Origin: Candidatus Algichlamydia australiensis
GTDB lineage: Bacteria > Chlamydiota > Chlamydiia > Chlamydiales > JAJFMI01
Length of the DNA stretch: 64,000 bases
Assembly (NCBI GenBank): GCA_033977065.1
Contig: JAXCHI010000004.1
Location: 320,001-384,000, forward strand
Direction: 5' to 3'
Position 1 is the first letter of the stretch. Every line of letters begins with the position of its first letter. Under the pieces are notes generated by a model. It did not search any database. It was not told where the DNA came from and saw nothing but the letters and a program-made list of their open reading frames with translations. Shown in pieces: positions 1-11,004 of the stretch. The position numbers were made by a program, and so were the translations under genes.

Positions 1-14
1 TAAAAAAGAAAAAA

Positions 15-108
15 CCGAGGAGAGCTTAGAGCAATCATCATTTTCCTTAAGGCTGCTGCCTTCCGGCTCTGACCTGGTTCGGAAATGATGACCCTCTAAG
101 GTCCTCGG
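15..108 (-). ncRNA. ffs: Bacterial small SRP RNA (4.5S)
   Basis: The minus strand reads CCGAGG...CCAGGTCAGAGCCGGAAGGCAGCAGCC...CCTCGG. This is the conserved domain IV motif in one long hairpin with paired ends, followed by a T-rich tract. Confidence 0.92.
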
Positions 109-213
109 AAAAGACCATTTTATCACATACACGTCTCTTTTTCTATTAAAATATTTCCTCTTCTTTAAAGTTTTCTTAAAGAGCGGTATGATACCTGAAG
201 GTTTGGTGTTTTT

Positions 214-1155
214 ATGGAAGATACAGTTGTAACAGCTTTAAATTTAGCGACATCTGCTGCCGCATTATCGCAAAGTAAATATTTGAATAGTTTTCTTCGG
301 AGTGAGCCAAAAGCGCTACTTTATTTAAATATTGCGACTTTATTAGGAAATACCTATCGCTGTATGCGGTCACGAGATGGCTATCCTCTTAAATTCTCTC
401 GTAGATCATTTAACTCGATTAGGTTTCAAAGTGACGAGTCTCTAAATAGAGAAACAAGGGGCTTTTTTGACCGTCCTATTCCGCGGTTCCTGGCTATTAT
501 CACGGGGTTTGCTGTAGCAGGTGTTGCATTAAATCGCGTTTTTGTTCCAAGTAAAAGTGTTCTTCCTACAATTGAAGGAGCAACAAATATTTATTGGTCT
601 GTGCCGCGCTCCCAAGACTTGATGCAGTTTGTCACGATTTGCAACCTTGCTATCAATACTTTTATGGCCAGATGTGCTAGAGATTCAACTGTAAGATACC
701 AAGGGGCTATCTCATCTCTTGCGAATGTGGCCACTCTTGCGTCTACGGCTTCTGTTAGAACTATTTGTGTAGAGACAGAGAAGACTTTTCTACCATTACC
801 TCTTAGAAGAGTTACTGTCGGTTATGCTATTCCGGTTCAAGGGCGTGAAAACCTTCAAGCGCTTAATGAGTTCCACTCTTTAAAACCTTTTTCTGAAGTA
901 GCGCAAGGGTTTGTCGATGCGGTAAAAGAAGCTGGGGGTAACGATGCAGAACTTGGGATTTTCAAGAAGGTTGGGCTGGTCAGCTCTCTTTTTGGTCAAA
1001 AAGAGAGCTATATGCTCACTATAAGGGGTAAATACTTTAGTCATCTTCAATTCTCTGGTAATGAACTTTTTGGCTACAGTACCTACTCAGGACTTTTTGG
1101 AACGTGGAAAGGCGCTGCTAAAGTTATTCTCAAAGGCACGCGCTTTTTTGATTAA
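214..1155 (+). CDS. Hypothetical multi-TM protein, paralog of 1170..2105
   Basis: 313-aa ORF with several hydrophobic segments. It shares motifs with the next ORF (TALNLATSAA / YALNLGFAAA). Confidence 0.75.
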   Translation: MEDTVVTALNLATSAAALSQSKYLNSFLRSEPKALLYLNIATLLGNTYRCMRSRDGYPLKFSRRSFNSIRFQSDESLNRETRGFFDRPIPRFLAIITGFAVAGVALNRVFVPSKSVLPTIEGATNIYWSVPRSQDLMQFVTICNLAINTFMARCARDSTVRYQGAISSLANVATLASTASVRTICVETEKTFLPLPLRRVTVGYAIPVQGRENLQALNEFHSLKPFSEVAQGFVDAVKEAGGNDAELGIFKKVGLVSSLFGQKESYMLTIRGKYFSHLQFSGNELFGYSTYSGLFGTWKGAAKVILKGTRFFD

Positions 1156-1169
1156 AAAATGGAGATATT

Positions 1170-2105
1170 ATGAGTAATTCAATAGATCGTTACGATGTTG
1201 CAACATACGCACTAAATCTTGGTTTTGCTGCCGCGTCTGCTTGCGAGCACTCCCGTATAGGCAATGTATTAAGTAAATGGCGTATAAGTTTATTACTACT
1301 TGGAGCAACAACCTATGCTTTTAATTATGTCCAATTTATTAGGACATTGTCCGATGACTTAAAAGATCAATTTAATCCTCACAAAAGCGAAGTCGATAAC
1401 GATTTTTTTAAGTTCTCGCTTGCAATTACACCTATTTTTGCCGCTTTCTTGCTTCCAGTTGCTTGCCATTATTTGGGAAAGAGAGTAACTCACGCATTTC
1501 CTAGGGTTCAGTTGCAAGCGCCTAAGGGCTGTACTGCAGAATGGCTAGCTCCCTCTACATTTCACAACTTGGTTCAAGGATTTGCAGTGTCAAATGCACT
1601 TTTAAATCTTGCTGCAACTTTTGGTGGAAATGCGCACTCAAGATTATCTACAGGAGTTTTGTCTCTATTACACTTTGGCACAATACCTACACTTGCAAGT
1701 GGAAATCTAATTGAAGCGACTACCACAAGAGATCATAGTGATGGAAAAACACAGTTCCTTTTCAGCTATATTTTTCGAGTAAAAAAACCTACTGATCCCT
1801 TGACCATAAGTGAAAGTGGTACAGTTTATTCCTATTCAAAAGTTATAGAAAATTTTTATAAAAATATTCAACAAATTAAACTTGATGATAGCACAGTTGA
1901 ATGCTCTGAAAAAGCGATACCAATTGTTGTTGGTGTGAATCCAACAATCACTAAAATCGTGAAATTGATTACCTATCACTTAACAGTTGCCAAAGACCTT
2001 ATACCTGAAAAACTCAAAGGCTTTTCTCAACTCACTGCTTTTGTAAAAGATACGGGGCCCTTTGTTCCCAACGTCATCAAGGCAGCATCTATTGTGCCTT
2101 TGTAG
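1170..2105 (+). CDS. Hypothetical multi-TM protein, paralog of 214..1155
   Basis: 311-aa ORF with a GGAG RBS and a hydrophobic pattern like the upstream ORF. Confidence 0.75.
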   Translation: MSNSIDRYDVATYALNLGFAAASACEHSRIGNVLSKWRISLLLLGATTYAFNYVQFIRTLSDDLKDQFNPHKSEVDNDFFKFSLAITPIFAAFLLPVACHYLGKRVTHAFPRVQLQAPKGCTAEWLAPSTFHNLVQGFAVSNALLNLAATFGGNAHSRLSTGVLSLLHFGTIPTLASGNLIEATTTRDHSDGKTQFLFSYIFRVKKPTDPLTISESGTVYSYSKVIENFYKNIQQIKLDDSTVECSEKAIPIVVGVNPTITKIVKLITYHLTVAKDLIPEKLKGFSQLTAFVKDTGPFVPNVIKAASIVPL

Positions 2106-5100
2106 GTGAAATGATGTTTACTACCTTTCCACCTTTCTCACCAGCTCCAGGCCCTAGCTCGATTTGGTAGTCAGCCGATTCGATGATATCGGAGTTGTGC
2201 TCGATCATAATAATGGTATGACCGCTATCGACAATTTTATGGAAAATTTTGAGGAGTTTTTCGATGTCGACACTGTGCAGGCCGATAGTCGGTTCGTCAA
2301 AGAGGTAGAGGGTGTGGCGTTTGGCTGGACGGACGAGTTCGCGAGAGAGACGCAGGCGCTGCGCTTCTCCGCCAGAGAGCGTTTGCACGCGCTGGCCTAA
2401 GGTGAGGTAGCCAAGTCCCACTTCTACTAAAACTTTTAGTGTCTTTTGAATTTTCGGAATTTTTGGGAGGAAGTCAATCGCTTCATTTACGGTGAGGTTG
2501 AGCAGTTGCCCGAGGTTTTTTCCTTTGTAGGTCACCTCAAGGGGAAGGGGAGCGAGGCGATTGCCATTACAGCTGTCACAGGTGATGGTCACAGCCGGCA
2601 TTAGCTGTAGCTGGATTTTGCGTGTTCCCAGGCCCCAACACTTGCGACACATGCCTTTCATGTGGTTGTAGCTAAAATGGTAGGCTTTCAGGTTGCGCAT
2701 GCGCGCTTCGGGTAGTTCAGCAAAAAAGCGGCGCAGAGGTGTAAGAAGATCGGAATAGGTGGTGATGTCAGCACGTGCAGTGTGTCCAATAGGAGATTGG
2801 TCAAGTGCAATGCATTTTTCGATTTGCTTAAGCCCTGAGATTTTGCTTCCATGAATGGTAATGGTGTCGGGGGGTTGCCTATGCGTAAGCGCTTTTTCGA
2901 CAGCTGGCCGTAGTAGGTGGTGCATCAGCGTCGATTTTCCCGATCCTGAGACACCGGTAATGCAGGTAAAAATGTGCAGGGGAATGTCTAGAGAGATATT
3001 TTTAAGATTGTGCAGCGAAGCGTTTTCAATTTTTAAAACTTTTTTGGTAGGTTTGCGGTATTTGCAATCCACAGCGCTCTTTTCTCCAGAGAGGTAGGCG
3101 CCAGTAAGCGATTTCGGATCGCGTTTGATTTGCGCAATAGAGCCTTGTGCAATGATCTGCCCCCCTTTTTTTCCCGCTTCTGGGCCAAAATCGATGAGAT
3201 AGTCGGCTGTGTTAATAGTAAGAGGGTCGTGCTCAACAAGAAGGAGAGTATTGCCGCTTTTACAGAGTTTTTTTAGTGCGCGGTTGAGTAGCGCGTTATT
3301 TTGCGGATGCAAGCCGATAGTGGGTTCGTCTAAAACATAGAGGCAGCCAGTTAGACCAGATCCAAGCTGACGCGCTAAATGAATGCGCTGTGTCTCCCCA
3401 CCTGAAAGTGTAGGTGCGCTACGAGAGAGCGCGAGATACTCAAGTCCGATTTCCATCATAAATTTTAGGCGATGATCGATCTGCGAGAGCGTCTCATCGA
3501 GAAGGTTTTTCTTCTCTTTTGGAAGGGAGAGTTTTTTCAAGAATTGTACTGTTTGTGAGATGGGAAGCTCACACACCTCTGGAAGGGTTTTTCCTGCAAC
3601 TTTTACCCCTCGTGCAAGGGGATTCAAGCGCGCTCCGTTGCAGCTTGGACAGGGAGACTCGTCCATGTGTGGCAAGATCTCTTTGCGTAAATTATTTTTT
3701 GCCGCCTTTGCTCGCTTAGCAAAGAGCGTTTCAAAGCCGATCCATTTAAAAGAAATTTCTGCAAAAGTAAAGCTCTTTTCGCTACCTCTCATTAATAGTT
3801 TTTGCTGCTTATCTGAGAGGTCACAGAGAGGGGTGTTGGGATCAATTTCTTCTTTTTCAAGAAATGCCTCAAAAAGCTCTAAAGCTTCATCAGAGAGACG
3901 ATCTTTGCAGAGATAGTAGAAGAGTGTGATGGGAGGGCAACGCATGATTTTAGGAAAGCGAGTAAGATCTGCGCCCCACTGAATGCCAAGTCCCTGACAG
4001 TCAGGGCACATGCCCTCTTCAGAATTGAAAGAGAAGGTGTGGGGTTTAATTTGGGGGTAGGAGCGTCCCGTTGAAGGAACCGCGAATTCTAAGTTAAAGA
4101 AAAGATCTTGATCATCAAGGGCTGCAATCAGTTTTCCTTCTCCACGCTCGCTCGCAAGGGAGACGGCCTCAAAGAGGCGTGGAGTGATGTCAGGTTTGAT
4201 TACGATCCGATCGATGACAAGATGGAACTCCTGTTTGACTCCGCGTGAGAAGGGGATTTCATCTTCCAAATCATAGGTCGTGCCATTGAGCCGCACGCGG
4301 CGAAACCCTTCTGCTTTGAGTCGCATAAGAAGAGAGGAAAAGTCTTCTCCATGCCGAAGAGTGAGTGGGGCTAAAATTTGCACACGCGTCTTTTCTGGAA
4401 GCTCTTGCAACTTCTTGCAAACAAACTCTTTGGTAATTGCTACAATTTTTTCACCCGTCTCAGGACAGAATGCTTCACCCAAATGCGCGTAAAGCAGGCG
4501 CAAATAGTCATAGACTTCTGTCATGGTCCCAATCGTTGAGCGTGGATTGCCTGCGTGGCGCTTCTGTTCAATAGAAATTGCTGGAGATAGGCCCTCAATC
4601 AACTCTAATTTTGGCTTGGCCATCTGCTTGACAAACTGGCGTGCGTAAGAGGGGAGAGACTCAATATAGCGACGCTGCCCTTCAGCATAAATTGTCTCAA
4701 AAGCAAGCGAACTCTTCCCCGACCCAGAAGGTCCCGTACAAACCGTCATTTTGCCGCGCGGAATTGTGAGATCAATTCCTTTTAAATTATTTTGTTCTGC
4801 TCCCTTCACTACAATCTCTGTATGCTTTGAGACTCTCTTTTTAGATGGTGCGCTGACTCTCTTTTTCTCCCCCAGCGCAATCCCAGTTGCCGTCTTTGCT
4901 TTGATGATCTGTTCCGGTGTGCCCTCAGCAAGAACATTTCCATCCTCCAAATCGATGACCCAATCGGCTACCTTGATCAAATCCAAATTGTGCTCAATAA
5001 CAAGGACTGTATTGCCTTCGCTCACAAGTCGCTCCAAAATGCGCAGCAAGCGGTCAATATCGCGAAAATGGAGACCTGTTGTCGGTTCATCTAAGATGTA

Positions 5101-7659
5101 AAGAGTTTGTCCCGTCGAGGGGCGAATGAGCTCTTTGGCAAGCTTGATGCGCTGCGCCTCCCCACCAGAAAGCGTGGTGGAGCTCTGGCCGATTTTCATG
5201 TAGCCGAGACCCACGTCGTTGAGAAGTTGCAATTTTTTGCGAATATTAGGAATTGCATCAAAGAACTCCAACCCTTCTCGCACACTCAAGCGCATCACGT
5301 CGTAGATCGATTTTCCCTTGTAAAGAACAGAGAGCGTTTTGGGATCAAAACGACGCCCGTCACAGAGAGGACAAGTTGCAAAACTATCCTCTAAAAAGTC
5401 CATATCGATACGTATCTGACCCATTCCAGAGCATTTAGGACACGACCCCTCGCGCACATTAAAACTAAAACGACCTGAAGAAAACCCTTGCGCCTTAGCA
5501 TCGGGAAGCGAAGCAAAGAGATTGCGAATATCGTCGAACAACTTCACATAAGTCGCAGGATTGGAACGCGGCGTGCGGCCAATGGGCGTTTGATCGATTG
5601 CAATAACCTTGTCCAGATGCTCGATGCCCTCTAATGCCTTGTGCTTGGCGGGGCGTAGCAGCGATCGCTGTAATTTATTGGAAAGAGCAGGGTAGAGCGT
5701 ATCAATAATCAGCGAAGATTTTCCCGCACCTGAGATTCCTGTTACTGCAACAAAAAGTCCAAGAGGAATTTCCGCATCCATCTTTTGCAAATTATTCGCC
5801 TCAGCGCCTCTGATCACTAGCCTTTTTTCTGTAGGCTTGCGGCGGCTTTTCGGAGTTGCAACTTTTTCTTTTCCCGAGAGGTAAGCACCCGTAACAGAGC
5901 GCGGGCTCTTGATCAGATCAGCCGGCTTGCCTTGTGCCACAATCTCACCGCCTTCAACACCTGCACCAGGACCCACATCGACAATCTCATCGGCCGCATA
6001 AATCGTCTCCTCATCGTGCTCAACCACAATCACCGTGTTGCCTTGATCGCGCAAGTTCAAAAGCGTGCGAATGAGGCGCTCATTATCTGTCGGGTGCAAG
6101 CCAATTGAAGGCTCATCTAAAATATACGTAGTCCCAATCAGCCCCGCTCCAATTTGTGAAGCGAGGCGCACACGCTGCGCTTCGCCACCTGAGAGCGTTG
6201 CTGAAGTCCGCTCTAAAGAAATATAGTGCAGGCCGACATCAAGGAGAAAATGCAGACGCCTCTGCAACTCCTTAATCATCTCAGCCCCGACTTTTTTCTC
6301 CATTTTGGAGAGCTTAAGCGCATCAAAAAAATTTGCCGCCTCAGCAATTGTCATACTCGTGATATCGTGAATTGTCTTTTTTCCAAGCGTTGTCACCCGA
6401 GGGTAAGAGCGAATGCGCGCGCCCAGGCAGTCAGGACAGACCTGTTCGCTCATCATCTCTAGCATCCGCTGCTTGTACTTTTCGCTCTTAGCTTCATTAA
6501 AGCGTTTTTTAACCTCATGTAAAACGCCCTTCCACTCCACATATTCAATCCAGCGCTTCTTAGACTTTGGATGGACAAACGTCATCTTCGTCCAGCGCTC
6601 CTCCGTCCCATGCAGAAAAATATGCTTGGCACTCTTTGAAAGCTTTTTCCAAGGCTTCTTTACATTAAAATCAAAAATGCGGCCTAAATTGCGATAGATA
6701 TTGCCCCAGAGTACCGTCTCAAAACTGCCCGCAATTGCGATGCAGTCCTCACTAATACTCTTCTCTTCATCGATGATTTTTTCCTCATCAAAGACAAGAG
6801 TCGTGCCCAAACCCGAACAAGCCGGACACATGCCTTTCGGATGGTTAAAAGAGAAATCTTGCGGTTCAAGCGGGGGATAAGAAATTCCCGATTTAGCTGA
6901 ATGCGCATGCGTAGAAAAAAGATGTTCCTTGCCACTCTCCACTTCAAGACAGCTCATCACACCCTTGCCTAGCTCAAGAGCGCTACTTACCGCCTCTTTC
7001 AACCGCCCACGGTTTTCACGATCAACCTTCAATCGATCAACCACTAGATCGACATCGTGTGAGACACTTTTTTTAAGCGACATACCCTCTTCTAGCTCAA
7101 CAATCTCGCCATCGACACGCACCCGCATGAACCCTTTGCGAAGTAGCTCCGCAAAATCTTCCTTAAACTCGCCCTTTTTACCCTTTGCAAACGGCGCCAA
7201 TACAATTAGCTTTGTACCTGCCTTCAACTCACTAATCTGCTCTAAAATTTGCGTATTGCTCTGCGGCGTGACACGCTCCCCACTCTCCGGACAGTGCGCC
7301 ACACCAATCCGCGCAAAAAGTACCCGCAAATAGTCATAAATTCCCGTAATCGTCCCGACAGTTGACCTCGGACTCTTGTGCGTGGTCTTCTGCTCAATGG
7401 AAATTGTGGGAGAAATCCCGGTAATCAGCTCCGCATCAGGCTTAGGGATATCGCCCATATACCGTCGCGCATACGTAGATAAAGATTCAATATAACGGCG
7501 CTGCCCTTCAGCATAGATCGTATCAAACGCCAGCGAGCTTTTGCCTGAGCCAGAGACCCCGGTAAAGACAATCAATTGTCCCGGCTTTAGCTCTAAAGAA
7601 ACTTTTTTAAGGTTATGTACAGAAACTTTTTGAAGTTGGATCTTAGGACTTTCGCTCAT
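2089..7659 (-). CDS. uvrA: Excinuclease ABC subunit A, chlamydial double-length form
   Basis: 1856 aa with four Walker A motifs (GVSGSGKS, GISGAGKS, GPSGSGKS, GVSGSGKS), four LSGGE signatures and CxxC zinc motifs. Confidence 0.97.
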   Translation of the reverse strand: MSESPKIQLQKVSVHNLKKVSLELKPGQLIVFTGVSGSGKSSLAFDTIYAEGQRRYIESLSTYARRYMGDIPKPDAELITGISPTISIEQKTTHKSPRSTVGTITGIYDYLRVLFARIGVAHCPESGERVTPQSNTQILEQISELKAGTKLIVLAPFAKGKKGEFKEDFAELLRKGFMRVRVDGEIVELEEGMSLKKSVSHDVDLVVDRLKVDRENRGRLKEAVSSALELGKGVMSCLEVESGKEHLFSTHAHSAKSGISYPPLEPQDFSFNHPKGMCPACSGLGTTLVFDEEKIIDEEKSISEDCIAIAGSFETVLWGNIYRNLGRIFDFNVKKPWKKLSKSAKHIFLHGTEERWTKMTFVHPKSKKRWIEYVEWKGVLHEVKKRFNEAKSEKYKQRMLEMMSEQVCPDCLGARIRSYPRVTTLGKKTIHDITSMTIAEAANFFDALKLSKMEKKVGAEMIKELQRRLHFLLDVGLHYISLERTSATLSGGEAQRVRLASQIGAGLIGTTYILDEPSIGLHPTDNERLIRTLLNLRDQGNTVIVVEHDEETIYAADEIVDVGPGAGVEGGEIVAQGKPADLIKSPRSVTGAYLSGKEKVATPKSRRKPTEKRLVIRGAEANNLQKMDAEIPLGLFVAVTGISGAGKSSLIIDTLYPALSNKLQRSLLRPAKHKALEGIEHLDKVIAIDQTPIGRTPRSNPATYVKLFDDIRNLFASLPDAKAQGFSSGRFSFNVREGSCPKCSGMGQIRIDMDFLEDSFATCPLCDGRRFDPKTLSVLYKGKSIYDVMRLSVREGLEFFDAIPNIRKKLQLLNDVGLGYMKIGQSSTTLSGGEAQRIKLAKELIRPSTGQTLYILDEPTTGLHFRDIDRLLRILERLVSEGNTVLVIEHNLDLIKVADWVIDLEDGNVLAEGTPEQIIKAKTATGIALGEKKRVSAPSKKRVSKHTEIVVKGAEQNNLKGIDLTIPRGKMTVCTGPSGSGKSSLAFETIYAEGQRRYIESLPSYARQFVKQMAKPKLELIEGLSPAISIEQKRHAGNPRSTIGTMTEVYDYLRLLYAHLGEAFCPETGEKIVAITKEFVCKKLQELPEKTRVQILAPLTLRHGEDFSSLLMRLKAEGFRRVRLNGTTYDLEDEIPFSRGVKQEFHLVIDRIVIKPDITPRLFEAVSLASERGEGKLIAALDDQDLFFNLEFAVPSTGRSYPQIKPHTFSFNSEEGMCPDCQGLGIQWGADLTRFPKIMRCPPITLFYYLCKDRLSDEALELFEAFLEKEEIDPNTPLCDLSDKQQKLLMRGSEKSFTFAEISFKWIGFETLFAKRAKAAKNNLRKEILPHMDESPCPSCNGARLNPLARGVKVAGKTLPEVCELPISQTVQFLKKLSLPKEKKNLLDETLSQIDHRLKFMMEIGLEYLALSRSAPTLSGGETQRIHLARQLGSGLTGCLYVLDEPTIGLHPQNNALLNRALKKLCKSGNTLLLVEHDPLTINTADYLIDFGPEAGKKGGQIIAQGSIAQIKRDPKSLTGAYLSGEKSAVDCKYRKPTKKVLKIENASLHNLKNISLDIPLHIFTCITGVSGSGKSTLMHHLLRPAVEKALTHRQPPDTITIHGSKISGLKQIEKCIALDQSPIGHTARADITTYSDLLTPLRRFFAELPEARMRNLKAYHFSYNHMKGMCRKCWGLGTRKIQLQLMPAVTITCDSCNGNRLAPLPLEVTYKGKNLGQLLNLTVNEAIDFLPKIPKIQKTLKVLVEVGLGYLTLGQRVQTLSGGEAQRLRLSRELVRPAKRHTLYLFDEPTIGLHSVDIEKLLKIFHKIVDSGHTIIMIEHNSDIIESADYQIELGPGAGEKGGKVVNIISPTKAQ

Positions 7660-7717
7660 AGGGGGAAGTATAAGAGATTTCTGTACTTTTATGCGAATTT
7701 AGATTATATTACTTCTT

Positions 7718-9268
7718 ATGAATATCGTGCCAGTAAGTCTAGAAGCAACTAAAAATTATTTTAATATAGATCGCGCAGGATGGAGCCAAACAGCAGGGAA
7801 GGTGAGTTCCTTTATCTTCTCACATAAGAGGGGGCTGTTGGGGTTGACTCTTATTCTCTTCCCATTTGTACTTGTCGCAAAGAAATATTATAACATTACA
7901 GACGTGTGGCCTCATCAAGTATTAATTGCGAATATTTTATATTCTTTACGTAATTATGTGCCGGAAAATTATCGCGTAGGGATTGAGCGGTATGTTGGTG
8001 AAGTCTATCCGGCAAATAAATTCTCTGAAGAAGATAGGGAAGAATTACAAGAGTGGGTTAATCAAGCACAACCTAGGCAAGCACAAGCTAGAGTAATTGG
8101 AATAATTGATTCTCAGGAATCACGTCAGAGACTTATGAACTGTTTGCTACGAGGTAGTAAGGAACTGGAGTATGCACCTTCAAGTTTTTTAGAATTAAAC
8201 GTTTTTGATAAGCTTTCGCACCTCCAGTCAATAGAATTTAATTCAGATGAAAAACTGGATCTTCCAGAGAAGATTCTAAATTTAAAAAATCTGCGTAGTT
8301 TGCGACTTGAAAATTTTAGAATTCCAGAAAATTTTGAATTTGAAAGACTTTCTAAAATCCAACAGCTTTCTCTAATTAAGTGCGATATTTCAAATGATGT
8401 ACACTTGGAAAAACTCTTTTTTTTAAAAAAACTTCGTATTTCCGAATCTAAACTTGAAGCATTACCTTTTTTACCATTAAAAAATTTAGTTACATTAGAT
8501 CTTTATTCCCTTGATCTTGCTGTTATTCCTGAATGGATCGGAGGTTTATCAAAATTAGCTAGTTTAACATTGACTAAATGCGCAGCTTTAAAAAGCCTAC
8601 CAGAAGAAATTTATCGGCTGCCAAAGGGATGCAAAATAAACATATGGGCTTCTGGACTGGCTCATGCCCCTATTTTTGAGCAGACGACAAAAGAAGGTTA
8701 TTCAGGACCTAAATTCTCTACAGAAAGTAGGACTAGTTCTTTCCCTTTTAGAAAGACTCCTTTTTTAAGATTTGGAGCTAGCTGGCTTGATGTAGTCAAA
8801 GAGCTTGACAAATGGATTCATGTAAATAAGGAGAATTCTCTTAGCCGTATAAGATTTCGAGATGAAATCATAAATAGAAGTTTTATTTTTGAGAATTTTA
8901 GTCAGGGTGACGAACTAGAGAATAAAGCATACATTGACATGTTGGCATTTATTTTGAAAAAGAGTCGAGACACGGGTAAACCTTTTCAATCTTATTTTGA
9001 GTTTTGCCCAAGAAGCGTTGTTGAGTATGAAAGAACTCTCGAAATATTGGAATATATAGCAGATAAATATGCAGGCTCATACACAATGGCATTTTATAAC
9101 TATAATCATCTGCCACTAGAAATAGATTTTGAAAAATTAGGAGGGTTGCTTTATCAAAGAGAACGTTGCAGTAGGTTGTCGATTGAAGGATTTACCTTAC
9201 GAAACTTCGGTTATCTCGATAGTCTACCGATCGAAAAATTATCTCTAGAAAATTGTGAAATTTTGTAA
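7718..9268 (+). CDS. N-terminal TM + leucine-rich-repeat protein (putative effector), copy 1
   Basis: LxxLxxLxL repeats, an N-terminal hydrophobic helix and a CEIL C-terminus. Confidence 0.85.
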   Translation: MNIVPVSLEATKNYFNIDRAGWSQTAGKVSSFIFSHKRGLLGLTLILFPFVLVAKKYYNITDVWPHQVLIANILYSLRNYVPENYRVGIERYVGEVYPANKFSEEDREELQEWVNQAQPRQAQARVIGIIDSQESRQRLMNCLLRGSKELEYAPSSFLELNVFDKLSHLQSIEFNSDEKLDLPEKILNLKNLRSLRLENFRIPENFEFERLSKIQQLSLIKCDISNDVHLEKLFFLKKLRISESKLEALPFLPLKNLVTLDLYSLDLAVIPEWIGGLSKLASLTLTKCAALKSLPEEIYRLPKGCKINIWASGLAHAPIFEQTTKEGYSGPKFSTESRTSSFPFRKTPFLRFGASWLDVVKELDKWIHVNKENSLSRIRFRDEIINRSFIFENFSQGDELENKAYIDMLAFILKKSRDTGKPFQSYFEFCPRSVVEYERTLEILEYIADKYAGSYTMAFYNYNHLPLEIDFEKLGGLLYQRERCSRLSIEGFTLRNFGYLDSLPIEKLSLENCEIL

Positions 9269-9300
9269 TTTTCAGACTTTTTCAAAAAAAATATTATAAT

Positions 9301-9378
9301 ATCCCTAAAGCCAATCAATTGTCCCATTTTTAGCTGCAAATAAATTTTTTTAAGTTGGACCTTAGGACCTTCGCTCAT
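9301..9378 (-). pseudogene. Duplicated 5' remnant of uvrA
   Basis: Translates as MSEGPKVQLKKIYLQLKMGQLIGF, versus UvrA MSESPKIQL[QKVSVHNL]KKVSLELKPGQLIVF. Confidence 0.8.
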
Positions 9379-9435
9379 AGAGGAAGTATAAGAGATTTCT
9401 GTACTTTTATGCGAATTTAGATTATACTACTTCTT

Positions 9436-11004
9436 ATGAATATCGTGCCAGTAAGTCTAGAAGCAACTAAAAATTATTTTAGCATAGATCGTGCAGGATG
9501 GAGCCAAACAGCACGACATGTGGGTTCCTTTGTGTTAAGCCACAAAAGGGAGCTGTTGGGAATTACCATTGCTTTCCTTGCGGTTGCTGGGGCTGCATCA
9601 TTCGTTTATCAACAATATACAGATGTTTGGCCGCATCAACTGTTTATTGCAAATCTCTTGTACCCCTTACGCAATTTCGTTCCGCAAAAAATAAAAGGAG
9701 GAATTGAAAGGTATAACAGCGAAGTCTATCCGGTGCACAAATTTACAGAAGAAGATCGACAAGAATTGCAAAATTGGGTGGAAAGAGTTCCCCTTGGTGT
9801 ACATCACATGGGCGGAGCTAGAAGGGAGATCCGCGAAACTATAATGGAAGAGGTTCTTGCCGGTAAAAAGAGCCTGTCGAAGGAAGTTCCAGTAAATTTT
9901 TTACGGCTAAACGTGTTTGATAAACTTTCCCATCTTCAAAAAATAAAAATTGTTTCGGGAGGAACGAAAATCGATCTACCTGAAGCGATCAAAAAATTAA
10001 AAAATCTCCAAACCTTACATCTAAACAAGTTAATAATTCCCGAAGATTTTCAATTTGCAGAATTTCCTAAATTGGAGTGCCTTTCTTTAGAATTTTGTGA
10101 CGTTCCGTGTGGCCTTCAACTAGAGAATCTTAAGCATTTAAAGAAGCTTAGTCTTAGTTATAATTGTACACTTGGTGCACTCCCTTCAATTCCATCGAAA
10201 AATTTAGTATCGTTGGAGCTTTGTTGCACACTTTTGGCTTCTGTTCCAACTGCAGTCGGGGGCTTCTCAAAGTTAACTTTTTTAGATTTGAGCCATAATA
10301 GAGAAATGAAAAGCCTACCTGAGGAAATTTATCAATTATCAAAGAAATGTAAAATATTAATAGGGTGGTCTGCTATTGCTCTTGCGCCTGTCTTTCAAGA
10401 GATAATAAAAGAAGGCTATTCAGGGCCTCAATTTTTTGTTAATAGCACGCCTATTGATGAAGGCGATTATCATCTTCCTTTATCTGAAAATAAAAGTCAT
10501 TCATTTTTGTCATTGGGATCTAATTGGCTTGAAATAGTCAGAGAGCTTGATAAACTTGTTCATGACAACGTCCCTCTTCATAGATCTTTTCGAGAAAAAA
10601 TTATACATAACAAATTGACCGATTATAAATTTAGGCTAGGGGAGCATATGCGACAAGATAAGAAAGTTATCGACATGCTGGTATATATTTCGAATAACTG
10701 CGAAGCAGGAAGCCCAATACGTAACTGTCACTTTCAATTTGAACCAATGTGTGTTTCAGATACGGAACAATCCATTAAAATAGCAAATTATATTATCGAT
10801 AATTACAAAGAAAAATATTCATTCTCATTTAGGAAGCTTGGCCCCAGACCTCTAGAGATAAATTTAAGAGAATTGGTGGGCCTAGCGAATCAAACAGAAC
10901 TCTGTAGTAGCCTGTCGATTAAAGGATTTACCTTGAGGAATTTTGATTATTTGGACACTTTATCGGTAGAAAAGCTTTCAATAGAAGATTGTGAAATTTT
11001 GTAA
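9436..11004 (+). CDS. N-terminal TM + LRR protein, copy 2
   Basis: The first 26 aa are nearly identical to copy 1. It has LRRs and ends CEIL. Confidence 0.85.
   Translation: MNIVPVSLEATKNYFSIDRAGWSQTARHVGSFVLSHKRELLGITIAFLAVAGAASFVYQQYTDVWPHQLFIANLLYPLRNFVPQKIKGGIERYNSEVYPVHKFTEEDRQELQNWVERVPLGVHHMGGARREIRETIMEEVLAGKKSLSKEVPVNFLRLNVFDKLSHLQKIKIVSGGTKIDLPEAIKKLKNLQTLHLNKLIIPEDFQFAEFPKLECLSLEFCDVPCGLQLENLKHLKKLSLSYNCTLGALPSIPSKNLVSLELCCTLLASVPTAVGGFSKLTFLDLSHNREMKSLPEEIYQLSKKCKILIGWSAIALAPVFQEIIKEGYSGPQFFVNSTPIDEGDYHLPLSENKSHSFLSLGSNWLEIVRELDKLVHDNVPLHRSFREKIIHNKLTDYKFRLGEHMRQDKKVIDMLVYISNNCEAGSPIRNCHFQFEPMCVSDTEQSIKIANYIIDNYKEKYSFSFRKLGPRPLEINLRELVGLANQTELCSSLSIKGFTLRNFDYLDTLSVEKLSIEDCEIL

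Noticed and set aside
2089..7659. Double-length UvrA as a novel fusion
   Set aside because: This is a known feature of chlamydial UvrA.
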